The notes beneath the pieces were generated by a model. That model was not told where the DNA came from, did not search any database, and worked only from the letters and a program-made list of their open reading frames with translations. A program made the position numbers and the translations under genes. 64,000 bases of DNA from contig CM106586.1 in NCBI GenBank assembly GCA_048013815.1, positions 17,360,001 through 17,424,000 on the forward strand. The letters run 5' to 3'. Shown here piece by piece: positions 33,959 to 45,533 of the stretch; within the stretch, counting starts at the first letter, position 1, and each line of letters begins with the position of its first letter. This DNA comes from Setoptus koraiensis (Eukaryota; Animalia; Arthropoda).

Positions 33959-34377
33959 AGCTATATTAGATGCTTAATGTGTTATTATTATATTTTTGTT
34001 TATCCATTGACGTCAAACATATTGTTGTTAGGTTGACTTTATCAATATCTTGTTATCACGAACCGTTTTATAATATAAACATGGTAGATATGTAAATCAA
34101 TGTAACTAATCTAATCAAAGTATCAAGAGACTCAAGGAAAGTTGTCCACGTGTTGTTATTTAGTGACTTGACTAACTGTTTGTAAATATTATGTAACCAT
34201 GTCATTGAAAATCTTTAAAACTAGATGGCTGGTGTTGTAATCCGAGAAGATATGTATTGTTTTTCTATTAGAAGCCAAACGATAAAATATTGTAGACTAT
34301 CAATCATCACTTGTTGTTTTAATTGGCAGCTGGGAATAGGTTACTAGAGTCTGATAGAGTATAGATGATCTGGGCAC

Positions 34378-34875
34378 TCAGTCTACCTCAACACAAGACT
34401 CTGAGTCGGTAGTTTGTTGTTGATTATCGGTTTCACATTTGATGACTGTTTGATCAACAGATTCAACAATGGTGGTCTGGGTAGTCTCTGCAATTGAGAC
34501 ATCATTACTTGGAAGTGCGTCACCAGTGTCCTGTTTTGTGATATCTTGAGACGCCACTTCTGGACTTTTCCAATAGCCATGCTTTATGAGGAAACATCTC
34601 AACAGCCTCTCGTTTCTTACTTCTTTTGGTTTATTTGGGTTAGGAGGCGGAATAGTGGCAAACAATTGAGAAGAGTTGACCCTCAGAGTAGGCTCACCAG
34701 CATAAACGTTGAACGGATTTCCACAAATTTTGCAATTCTTGTACAAGATTTTTCCATCTTTAACTCTCTTAGCTTTGGTAGCTTTTGTTTGATGAGATTT
34801 CGTCTCAGGGACACATAAATGATAGGGTGGTCTTTGGGGACTGGAAACTTTATTTGCTTCAGCGGAAGACGACAT
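34378..34875 (-). CDS. Hypothetical protein, 165 aa, with a CxxC motif and an acidic/Thr-rich tail
   Basis: Seen: ATG ORF containing KNCKICGNPF..RCFLIKHGYW, in the gene-dense block and divergent from the 35555 gene. No family recognised. Confidence 0.6.
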   Translation of the reverse strand: MSSSAEANKVSSPQRPPYHLCVPETKSHQTKATKAKRVKDGKILYKNCKICGNPFNVYAGEPTLRVNSSQLFATIPPPNPNKPKEVRNERLLRCFLIKHGYWKSPEVASQDITKQDTGDALPSNDVSIAETTQTTIVESVDQTVIKCETDNQQQTTDSESCVEVD

Positions 34876-35554
34876 TCGCTTATTTGTCAGTTATGTAATA
34901 TGATTGTCAGTTATATGATATAAATACTCTCTTCTTCCTCGTGAGGAAAGGGTGAAAATGTTAGAGGAGTCGACAACACTAATGTTGTTTAGGTGATGAT
35001 AAAAATATATAGTGTTTCTAAAAGAAGATAGTCCTCGTGTTATCAAGTGAAATTATAACATGAAGTTGTAGTTGCTAAAAAATGAATCAAAATAAGACAG
35101 GATTTTGTCTAGATTGCTTTGAAGAGTGTACAAGTTTTATAATAGATCAACACACTTAAGATCATACTATGGGGATTTTTGAATCGGTTTGCAGAGGTCG
35201 CTCTGAAGCTCAATGTGATGCAACACCCGTGTTTGGTGCGTGTTTATTTCATGAGTGTACTTGATTGTTAGTTTGTGCGGCAGAACCGGGTGAGCCGTCA
35301 CGAGAAAACTACTCTTGAAATAGTAAAGCGCCACCTAATGTGGAATCTCGAAAGAAACGCACAATGGAACACGTGACTTTGAAAAGTACCAATAAACAAC
35401 AATTTTTTATCCTTCCGACATCACATGTTCTTCTTATTCCTAGTCTCTGAAGCCTCCGCAACAAATATCGTATTCTCTAGTTTCTTCTTATCCTATTCGG
35501 AGAAACTCATTTCATACATTAGTCAATTAATTAGTCAAATATCTCTAAGAACAA

Positions 35555-36080
35555 ATGTGGTGGGTCAGAATTTATGCCCGAAGATGGCTAGGCAAGTACA
35601 TGGGACAAATCCCGGAGGATCGAGCACGACTATACATGGATCGCAACAGACTTATCTATTTTGCCCTGTCGAGTCTATTCTTCATTAGTATGTGGAGGAG
35701 TACGAATATAAATAATATAAAGGATAAGAACAAAGAGAATCTTGAGGACCTTGCTGAATGTAAGTTGTGGGAGATGTTTGTACGCTAGAATGTTTAGTTT
35801 TACCCTCATGTTGTATTAATGATTCCATCACATATCTATTCCGTCTGCCTGAACTCAATTCACAGATGCCAGTACGCTATCTGAAAGCAACCTGAAAAAA
35901 GGGACTGTGTTCAATTTTAACTTGAGTGAGGGCACTTATGAGAAGTATGAACTGGAAAAGAAGGAATTTTCCAAGTTCTTGGAGGAAAAGGAGTTAATTA
36001 GAAAAGATACACAAGGAAAATTTTTGGCAACATTAGATCACCCAGATTTAGACGAGGAACTTTTGGAGTCTTTAGAATAA
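35555..36080 (+). CDS. Small single-pass membrane protein, 139 aa, 2 exons: join(35555..35759,35866..36080)
   Basis: Seen: donor T|GTAAGT at 35760 and acceptor TCACAG| at 35865 (106-nt intron). The phase-1 join gives DLAEYASTLSES..ELLESLE*, 420 nt in total. Basic/aromatic N-terminus (MWWVRIYARRWLGKY) then hydrophobic LIYFALSSLFFISMW. Exon 2 is missing from the ORF track. Confidence 0.75.
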
Positions 36081-36149
36081 ACATCAGAAAGAGAAAGAAA
36101 CGTTAACATAAAAATATATTGCTCTCTTGAACGACTGTTATCACATTTA

Positions 36150-37058
36150 TTACCTAGCCTTATATTGACAGGGTTTCAATTGTATTCTCAAGTCTCTGTT
36201 CTTGTAGTCAAGGTTGGAATCTTGTTTAACAAAATGAAAGAATGTAAAGTATCCATTTGGTGGTAGAGTGTCGGTAGATTTTTGTTTGAAGCCTATGCCC
36301 ATCAATTGATTTGTCCACCTTTTTTCTTTTCCATCGAATCTGGATGTAACTTCTACGATAAGCAATGAACCGTTTTTTTTCAGTATACGTTTAGCCTCTA
36401 ATAATATTTTACCAAGGCTCTTGGCCATCAAACTCAAGGAATAAATGCAGCAATTGATTGATCCGTTCTCTAGGGGAAGGTTCTCCATGTTGGCTTGAGT
36501 TACATCTGGATGAGCGCTGACCAGGTCAAACGAATGAACACGGGTACCCTCCGGTAGACCTTGTTTCAACAATGGATATCTTCCGCATCCAATATCGGCA
36601 AATGTGAGTTTGGTTAGATTGCTGAAATACTTCTTCTTGGAGCTAATATATTCCATAATGTATTGAATGGGTTTGACTGGCCATTTAGAGGCTGCTAACT
36701 CGTAGGCCTCGTGATATGTAACAAACTCGTTTTCGTCCATGGCTGCTTCTTTGGCCTCTATAGTGTACAAATTCTCATCGGCCATTCTTAGTAGAGATGA
36801 GGCCATTTGTAATTTACATTTCTCCACAACACTGAGTCCCTTGGTGCTGGGTCTCACTACGGCAACGGGTTTCTCTTTGGCGTCGGGATCATCCTGCATC
36901 CTGTATTTTCGCTTCACTTTGGATTTGCCCTTCATTTGGAGCTTGCCCTTCATTTTGAGCTTGCCTTTCATTTTGTGGCCGCTTTGCGTGTTGGGCCTGC
37001 CCTTGACGCCGTTCTTGGATTTGGTGCCAGTTTTAATTTTCTTGCTCTTCTTTGCCAT
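36150..37058 (-). CDS. RRP8: Ribosomal RNA-processing protein 8 (rRNA m1A methyltransferase / nucleomethylin), 302 aa, intronless
   Basis: Seen: ENLYT..YHEAY..KWPVKP, SAM motif ADIGCG, VHSFDLVS, SLSLM, EVTSRF, LKPCQYKAR, which follow the Rrp8 (methyltransf_8) motif order. Lys-rich N-terminus with an 18-nt x3 repeat (MKGKLK/MKGKLQ/MKGKSK, 36918-36971). Confidence 0.92.
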   Translation of the reverse strand: MAKKSKKIKTGTKSKNGVKGRPNTQSGHKMKGKLKMKGKLQMKGKSKVKRKYRMQDDPDAKEKPVAVVRPSTKGLSVVEKCKLQMASSLLRMADENLYTIEAKEAAMDENEFVTYHEAYELAASKWPVKPIQYIMEYISSKKKYFSNLTKLTFADIGCGRYPLLKQGLPEGTRVHSFDLVSAHPDVTQANMENLPLENGSINCCIYSLSLMAKSLGKILLEAKRILKKNGSLLIVEVTSRFDGKEKRWTNQLMGIGFKQKSTDTLPPNGYFTFFHFVKQDSNLDYKNRDLRIQLKPCQYKAR

Positions 37059-40000
37059 TGTGTGTCAACCTAATGAAATGGTGATTCCGCTCTGGCCGGC
37101 AAAGTAGTGGGTCCGAAAGTGGGTTGCAATGTCTGATTAATTAAATAGATGCATGGGAGAGATATAAAAGTGACAACAGCACTATTTGATGGCAATATTT
37201 TGGTTGTTTCTGTTTCGGTGCTCCTCGTGGTCTGGCAAACACGCCGGCGGCCGCGGTCATGAAGGGGTGTGACAGTTGCGGTTTCGGGGGAGTGGCCGCG
37301 GTCGTATGTGCGCAGTGCGCATCAGTGTGTAGGCTATTCCATTGTGGCAAAATGAATCCATTCTCCGAGAACGTTTTTATATAGAACCCGATATTCATTC
37401 TAATAGAGACTCATTCTCGGGTTCTATACAAACGTTGATTTGGTTGTTGTTATTGTATATGTTTTCTTCGAAAAAGTTTCGGCCCATTAAGGTCTAATGG
37501 GGTTGTTCTGGCGAACGTTCCATTAGAAGTGGCATTAATAGCCATAGAGCGATATTTGTGAGCAAATATTTGTGTGGCAATGAATGAATCGGCGAGATTA
37601 GCGATGTACATGAACATGAGATGTATAGCGATTCTTTTCTTTATTATTTCTATATTTGAACTACTTTTGTGTCCAGTTATACTAATTATAGATATTATAT
37701 TATTATGTTTTATGCTGCCAGCACGCAACTTTGATGTGCAGTTGCTGAAACTGAATGGGCCGCAACAGCCACACGTCTAGTCATTAGGCAACGACAGCAG
37801 CAACAACAACAACAACAACAACAGCAACTGCAAAGCAAACAGACAGATAATAAAGGTTCCAATGTTGATGCGGTTGTCTAATTAGGACATAAAACAGGTT
37901 GCCACTGAGCAACGACAGTGTCCAATTGATGCGGCCAGCCAATCGCTGTCTGGGTGGTCAATCAAAGGGCCGAGTTGACATGTTGCGGTCGGATTGGTTG
38001 TCATGCCATTGCATTTTCAGCCATTCAATAGTTGAGTTGTGTTCAGTCGAGTCATTTTTGGTCACTGGCATTGGCTTGGCGGCCTGGCAGGCCGGCCGGC
38101 CGGCCGGTGAATCAGAGAGCGTTCAATGTGGACGACGATCGGTTCGAATGGTCATGTCGCTGTATTGTTTGCGTTTGAACACAAACATAAATTAGCCCTC
38201 ACAACATTGATCAATGTATATCTGGCGATGTCGCAGTCGCTGTTGTTGTTGTACTTGTGGTTGTGGTTGTTAAATGAATGGCCAGTCGGAGATTAAAATC
38301 AACAACAATATCAGACAGATAATAATAATATGAGACATGTACCGTCTGTTCCCAATTGTTTTATTGGCCATCTCACAAAAGACGACTACAAACATAAACA
38401 AGACAACAAACTAATCAACTAACCGCGCTTCTGTGTGCCTCTAAGAAGAGTCTATATTGCCGAGATTGCTCAAATTCGAAGCTCAATTTGTCGGCGTCTC
38501 TGGCGTGGATTGCAGCAGCATCAGCGGCAGCAAGGGGTGAAGTTTGGAGTGTGTGTGTGCAATATGATCCTGGGGCACCACAAAACAACAGTTGCAAATA
38601 CTCGCCATATTGGCATATTGTTGTTGTTGTTGTTGTTTTTGTTATCTCGGCCGCAATCGATCAGCGTGCGAATCGGTCGGAACTATATGGCGAATTATTG
38701 AGCGACACTATTCGCTTTTTTGCAACACTGTTATCATCAGTTATTCACTCTCGTTTGGTCAACATTTCGACTCACACCAAGAAGGGTTACGGCAAGTACA
38801 AGTTGTGGCCGATAAACAAAGAACACTTTGTCCGACTGACAGTGTGTCGGCTGTGAGAGTGTGACTGAGAGTGTTTTTTCGCAACTCTCAACTATTTCCT
38901 TTTTTCGTTGCTCTTCTCTTAACCATTCACATTTCGATCGGCGATTGGGCATGATGTGTCTATCTGCGTTTGTCGTGTATTATGTAATACGAGTGGCGGT
39001 TGTAATGGCAGTAGGTTATTGACAGACCTTAGAGGGGCAGCAATTTTCAGCACGATTACTGGATCACACAAACAGGCCGGCATTACAATGATTTTTATTG
39101 GTTGTAACGCCGGCCAGCGAGAAACTGCGGCAAACAAATTGGCCCTAATACACACACCGTAGCACCGTATAGGGATAAGTGGCATACGTGCACTTGTTCG
39201 TAGCCAAACCGTGTTGGGGCTAATAATGTGATATATGGCATTGTGTGTGTGTTTGTTGTTTGTGTTGCCTCTGTTCTAGTGCGCACACAGTCAGTTATAT
39301 AATGATTCTACAGAGAGTGAGTAACTTTACAATGATAATTAGCCCCCCGTTCAACGTTTGATTGTTATCAAGACTCATCATGTAGAGATTAGCGACGAGC
39401 TTTGTCTTTGTTTTAAGCCGGCCATCAGCAGCAGCAGCACGTATGCTGTCAAGCTAGAAGCTGGAAAAAAGAAATGATCATTCTCTTGATTAGTTCTTGT
39501 GTGTTTGTTGGTGTAATTGGTTTTCAAGCGCATACACACAGGCAATTATGTGCTTACTCTAATTAGTGATAGACTCTTCCTATCTCCCCACTGATTATGG
39601 CTGTTTGGCTTTGGTTCGGTGTCGTCGTTCACACAGCAACAACCACAGCCAACGCCATACATGTATATGGGTAAGATAATGATGCTTTCACTTTCTCTCT
39701 CTCAGCTCTTTCTATCGCTGCTGTCGCTTTGCAATGTTATGTAATGCAGTTCGAAGGCAATCTTATTTTACAAACACACAATTGTGCTCACTTTATATTA
39801 CATGTATATATAACTACATACAATAATATAAAGTGAGCACAATTGTATCTGATTGAACAATTGATAGCCCACTGACCACATCTCGAGACAACTGTCGCTG
39901 CTTTGTGTTCGGCGCAACATTGCATAACATGTTGTATTGGGTGCCGAGTCAAGTGGATACGCCAACTGAACTGTTTCACTGCTGCTCATGACGACGGTTG

Positions 40001-43000
40001 CACACAAACAATTTGACAGTGATAATCAGAATTCCATCAATTCTGTTGCTGGTGTTTATTGTCATCGTACACACACATATATGGAGTTGGCTGTTGCCTG
40101 TCGACTGGCCGCCCGGCTTGCAGCTCGTCAACTGGCCGCCGGTCGGCAGCAATGGACAAAAAACGAGCCGGCCCGACAAGCGGCCAGCGACCGTGCAAAA
40201 GAAGGAAACAAACAATAGACAGAAAGAAGATTGCTGTGAGATAGAGAGAGAGAGAGAGAGAGTTAATTAAAAACGATGATGAAACCGAGCCGATGAGCGA
40301 CAAGCCAGCAGATGACGACGTTCAAGTGCACGAATAATGAAAAGAAATAAACAAGCGACGGCCAGCGAAAAAAGCGTAGGATAAACTGCATGCTATAGGC
40401 ATTGCCATCTGACTTGGCTATAGGCACATAGGTGAGCTGATGGCGATGGCGATGATGATAAACGCAAACAATGGAACACGCAATGAATTGTCTTGAGCTT
40501 TGCGAGCGTCGGCGAGGCTCGAGACAATTTGGCAGAGTTTATAGCGGCGGCGGCGGCGGCAACAACAAGTTGTTTGCCGTTTCCAAACAAGACCGGCCAG
40601 CACACACACACTAATGACCGGTGCGCAAGCCGGCCGACAATGCGAATATCCACTTGTGTTCCTCTCTCATTACATTTCATAAATTATTACGATTCTTGTT
40701 ATTGTTTCGCACAATTGTTACAAGCAACATTTGTCCACCTGTAAGCGCCTATGGCCGGCGCTGGCCACAGGCTTACGTAACCGCTGGCCGGCAGCGCATT
40801 GATGACAGCGTGCGTTTATGTTGTTGGTTGTTGCCTGTTGTTGGCAACAACAAGCAACAACAGGCAACAACAAGCAACAACAAGCAACAACAGGCAACAA
40901 CAGGCAACAACAACTTGTTGCATGAGAATATTATTGACATGCACTTGTAAACACAAACATGATCTTGTTGACAATCGTTTATTGAGGCTGTTGTGACAGC
41001 GAGAGCGTGCTTACAAGCAAACAACATAAATGTACACCGATGTACAATTGCGCCGATGAACAGAGCTAATTGGCTGTTGCCACTTGCAACAGCGGGCCGC
41101 CTTTGCAACTTTGCAAACATGTCGGGATAATTGAGTGACCATAGTTACCAGCATACTGTCGGCAGCCACACGTCGTGTGGCTGCCCACTCTCGCCATTCG
41201 CAACACCGATGACACCGGACACAATTCCGGCAGCAGCAGTTTGACATATGGCCCGGCGGCGGAACATATCAAACTCTCAGTTGTCAGCTGGTTGTGCTGG
41301 CTTGTCGCTTTCGCGCTCTGTCCAATGTCATCGGTGGGCGAGCGGCTACGGGCAACCGGCCGGCAGGGGCACGCTGGCCGACCGCTAACGAGCACGATCG
41401 CCAGCGAACGCGATCACTAACCAACACCGACACGGACAACGCTGGCACACGAATCAAAACTGACCGTCGCAATGTAGGGCGCCGGCAACTGGCATCTGTT
41501 GTTTTGGCAAGGTGTTCATCACCTGTTCAGCGGTGCCATGAGAGCGCTGCCAATCGAGCTGCCAACACACACACACACACACACACACACACTGTTGGAA
41601 TATGAACACACACACACACACGAGAATGAATATCGATTATGGCGAAAACGAGTTCTTTGTTTCAGTGGTCATGACGACGGCTTCGAATTGGACCGCGCGC
41701 AGCCGACCGACGGCCGGGCCGACAGCGACGACATGGCGGACACGATTGTTTTACACGTTACACTTGTTGGCCGGCCGTTGTGGCCGCTGTTGGCGTTGTT
41801 GGCGCTGTTGGCGCTGCTGTTGCAGTAACTTACGGGCAACGAGCGCAACAAGTGTGAGCAGCGAACTCGATTGGCTCAACAAAAGTCATGTTGTTGCGGT
41901 CAGTTAGCGCCTTGACGCCCTAGCAAATTAACCTGGCGACCGCCATTTTGGCCGACTGGCCGACCGGCCGGCCGGCTGCCCCATGCAATCGAGCCGACGA
42001 CCGTTGAGCTAACTGTATTGTGTGAGCTTGCGTAAGTGGTTGCGAGCAGCAATGGGTGCTCGAGCGCCACAGTAGCCTGGCATTAGGCCGCCGACGATAA
42101 GCGAGCCGCCGGGCCAAGCCGAGCATTGCACCGAATAGTCAGACAGATAGTCAGGCAGACAGACAGACAGACAGACAGCAGGCAGGTCTCGGCTATTTGC
42201 TGGGATTAAATGCTGATTCGGCTGATGATTGAATGCATTCGATTCGGTGGCCGAACTACCAAAATAATAATAATAATGATGAATCAACTGGTCGTCGCGA
42301 CGGCGTTTATCGGCGCACCGGCTCGAGTTGCATGATGCATGCAACTCGACGACCTGTGTATGCGCCAGCGCCAGACGCGGGGCCAAATATCCAAATAAAG
42401 CCCAACTGAAATCGACAGTTGTCTTGCCGGTGTCCAGACTTTGCACTGCACTGCACACTGAGCGCAGCGCAGCCAACAACAAAAAGTGACTGGCAAAGTT
42501 TTTGCGGCACAATCGACAACGAACGGCCAACAACACAAAGAATAACTTAATTTAACTTAATTCATTATTATTATCATTATTATTATTATTTTATCCTCTA
42601 GTTTCTTCGTCTTGTGCTTCTTCTTCTTCTTCAACTTTTGTGTCTGTGACTGTTGTGCCTGGCAGCCAGTCTAACGCACTGTTGTATGCTGCAGCTCGCC
42701 GGGCCATAGGCCAGTCGACAGGTAATAACAGTGGAAGCGGCAGCAATGAAAAGAAGCGACGCAAGATTGAACACATCTGATTGAGAGAAAGAAAAAGAGA
42801 CGAGCCAATGCTGCAATGGTGCTAGTTATAGTTAGTGGTGGCCATATAGTTAGTGCATCCATCTCAACCGATAGATAGATGCTGCTCGTTGAATGTTTCG
42901 TCGAACGTTCTATGCTCCGACTTGCATTTCTGCCCGTCCTCTGTAATACAGAGTCTGTATTACAGAGTCTGTATCGCTTCTAAACCGAAGCAGCGCGCCA

Positions 43001-45533
43001 GCAATCCAGTTCATTTGCAGCTCGCAAGCCTCAACTCGCAACTGGCAACTGGCAACTCACATCTATCCAATACTATTTTTCTAACGATGCTTGTTACCAA
43101 CAAACGGCCGCATAGTAGGCCATTGGCGCCGGGCCGGGCCAACAGGACTCAGGCTTGATCGCGTCGAGCGACAGACTCAGCTGAGATTGCTCACCTGAGT
43201 CATGCGGCCTTGCCAGCCATGCAAAGCCATGCGATGCAAGGTGTGCAAGTTGCATCATATTGTTTTGTGAGTGCGTTTCGATGCGATTCGTCCAACAACG
43301 ACGACGACGACGGCGCTGAGCAGACACAGACGAGCTCTGGCAAAACATTAGTGGCAACTAGAGACGAAGAAGAGAACGCTCCGCTTCGAAGCAGCAGCAA
43401 CAGCAGTTTAGGCACCATTTGAGGCATCGCTCGCTAGTGGCTGGCTTGTTTATCTGGCTGGCTTAAGCCATAGACCAGTCGCACTTATGATAAATATTGT
43501 GTGTATAGCTGGCTCTTCGACGCACACACACACACACACTTGTTGTACATGGACTAATAGTGGCGACTTGGAGAGCCGACTTGAGCTGCGACTGCTTCGA
43601 GGATACACTTGAGTTGTTGCCGTATCCGTGTGTCACTTGTAGTTGCTGTGTTGTTGTTGTTCTTATCGTCTTATTGTAGTTGTGTGTTTGTATCAAGGTG
43701 TTACAAGTGTTAATAGTAACTATATAGTTAGTAAAAATAATAGATCGCTGTTGCTGTTGCTGTTGTTGCTGTTGCTGTTGTTGTTGTTATTGGTGGTTGC
43801 GGCCACTGGAGAAGAGCGAACGGAGAAAGAATTTAAGTTTGCACAAGTAGTAAGCACACACAAGTAGTATATCACTCAAATCGCATAGATGTGAGTAATG
43901 TGTGCTCAGATGCTAATGTTTCCATGATTATTAAGAGGATACAAATTCAAATATTAACTCGTTAAAGTAACTAGTATCACTACCAATCAAACTACCTGTG
44001 CGAGTGTAACATTTTCTTCTTGTGTTTTAGTCAGTTCATGTTGTTAGCCATCAGCAGCGGCGGCGGCATCAGACTAGTCAACGAGCCTAGCATTCATGTG
44101 TACACAAGTTTAATGTTGCATCATAGACACAGCACAAACAAGACGAGCCAAGTCAACGACAACGACACGACGACGACGACGACGACCAGACGACAAGACG
44201 ACAAGACACCAAGGCGAGAATAACCCAGAAATTATAACTAGCCACTAACTAACTAGCGCAGCAATAGGAAGATGACATATTGGCATCATTAGCGAGCGAC
44301 CACTGATAAGAGAATGATTCGCGGAATCAAGTGGACAAAAACTAGATTATATTTAATCGTTATTATTGCTAGTGTTTAGTTGTTATTAGCGCTCATGTGT
44401 TAGTGTTAGTGTGTGTGTGTGTACCTGTTAGCAGCGAGCCGGATAGACAAAATACTGTATATTATCAGACATGACGACACATTATTTTGGAGTCATCATC
44501 ATCACTCTTTTCATATAACGCTCATACGATCATACATCATCTATCAAGATAGCTTTTGATCACACAACATTGTGACCCCGCTACACTGACAGTGCGCCTG
44601 CATACACGACCAGCATCACGCAACACTAATGAATAAACGGCTAGATTTGGCCAAGTTCGCAAGTCGATCAACGTCTAATATCTAATACATACATACATAA
44701 TAACACAGCGCAAACATTCAAATAATTGTAGCTCATAATCCCAAGCAGTGGTCAGATTGAAATGACAAGTGCTCAGGTGACAAGTGACCAATTGCATCGA
44801 TAATTAATAACAACCAACAATAACCATCAACAAACCAAGAAATAATTAGCAGTGCAGGGCCCCAGCCAGCCAGCCATTGAGAGCCCCAAAAGAATCTGCG
44901 AAGAAGGCGCAAGAAAGAATTATCTTCAGTGCACACAACAACGAAGAAATAAGAATACCAATAAGAACACAACAACCTGTTAACACACACACACACTCAC
45001 ACACACAATTGATTCGCCCGTGTGCGCAGGCGTGTGTGTCTGTTGAACAGTTCGCAGGCCAGTTCGCTGTGCCGCCGTTGGTGGTGCTTCTTTTCGGCTA
45101 GTCCACACCAGCCAAACCAACTGTTGAATTCATTGACCAAGGTACCTGGATACGCACACACACACACACAAATTATTTATTCCAAATAATTATTGATTCC
45201 ATTAACATATTATTAATATTATTATCATTTTTATCATCGCTTATATTTAAAACAATTGAATTGCAATTTTGTTAGTTTGTTTTAGCCAAAGCGCCGGACT
45301 CAAATTATCATCATTTAATCATTATTGCCACAACAATCGCTGGTATCGATTGAGCCCTAAAAGCAAATTTGTTTCTCGTCAGCACCAATTGTGACACACA
45401 ATTTTATCAATCTAATTGCCACCCGCTGTACACCAACAGGAGAATCAAACGAATATCGGTTATTATCACTATTTTATTAATATAGTCGTTAACAACAATT
45501 ACAATCGTCCATTATTCCTCACAAGCACAAACA

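Noticed and set aside
37450-45100. Short ORFs upstream of the claudin-like gene
   Set aside because: Low-complexity, mutually overlapping and without domains. The region is more simply explained as 5'UTR intron or regulatory DNA.
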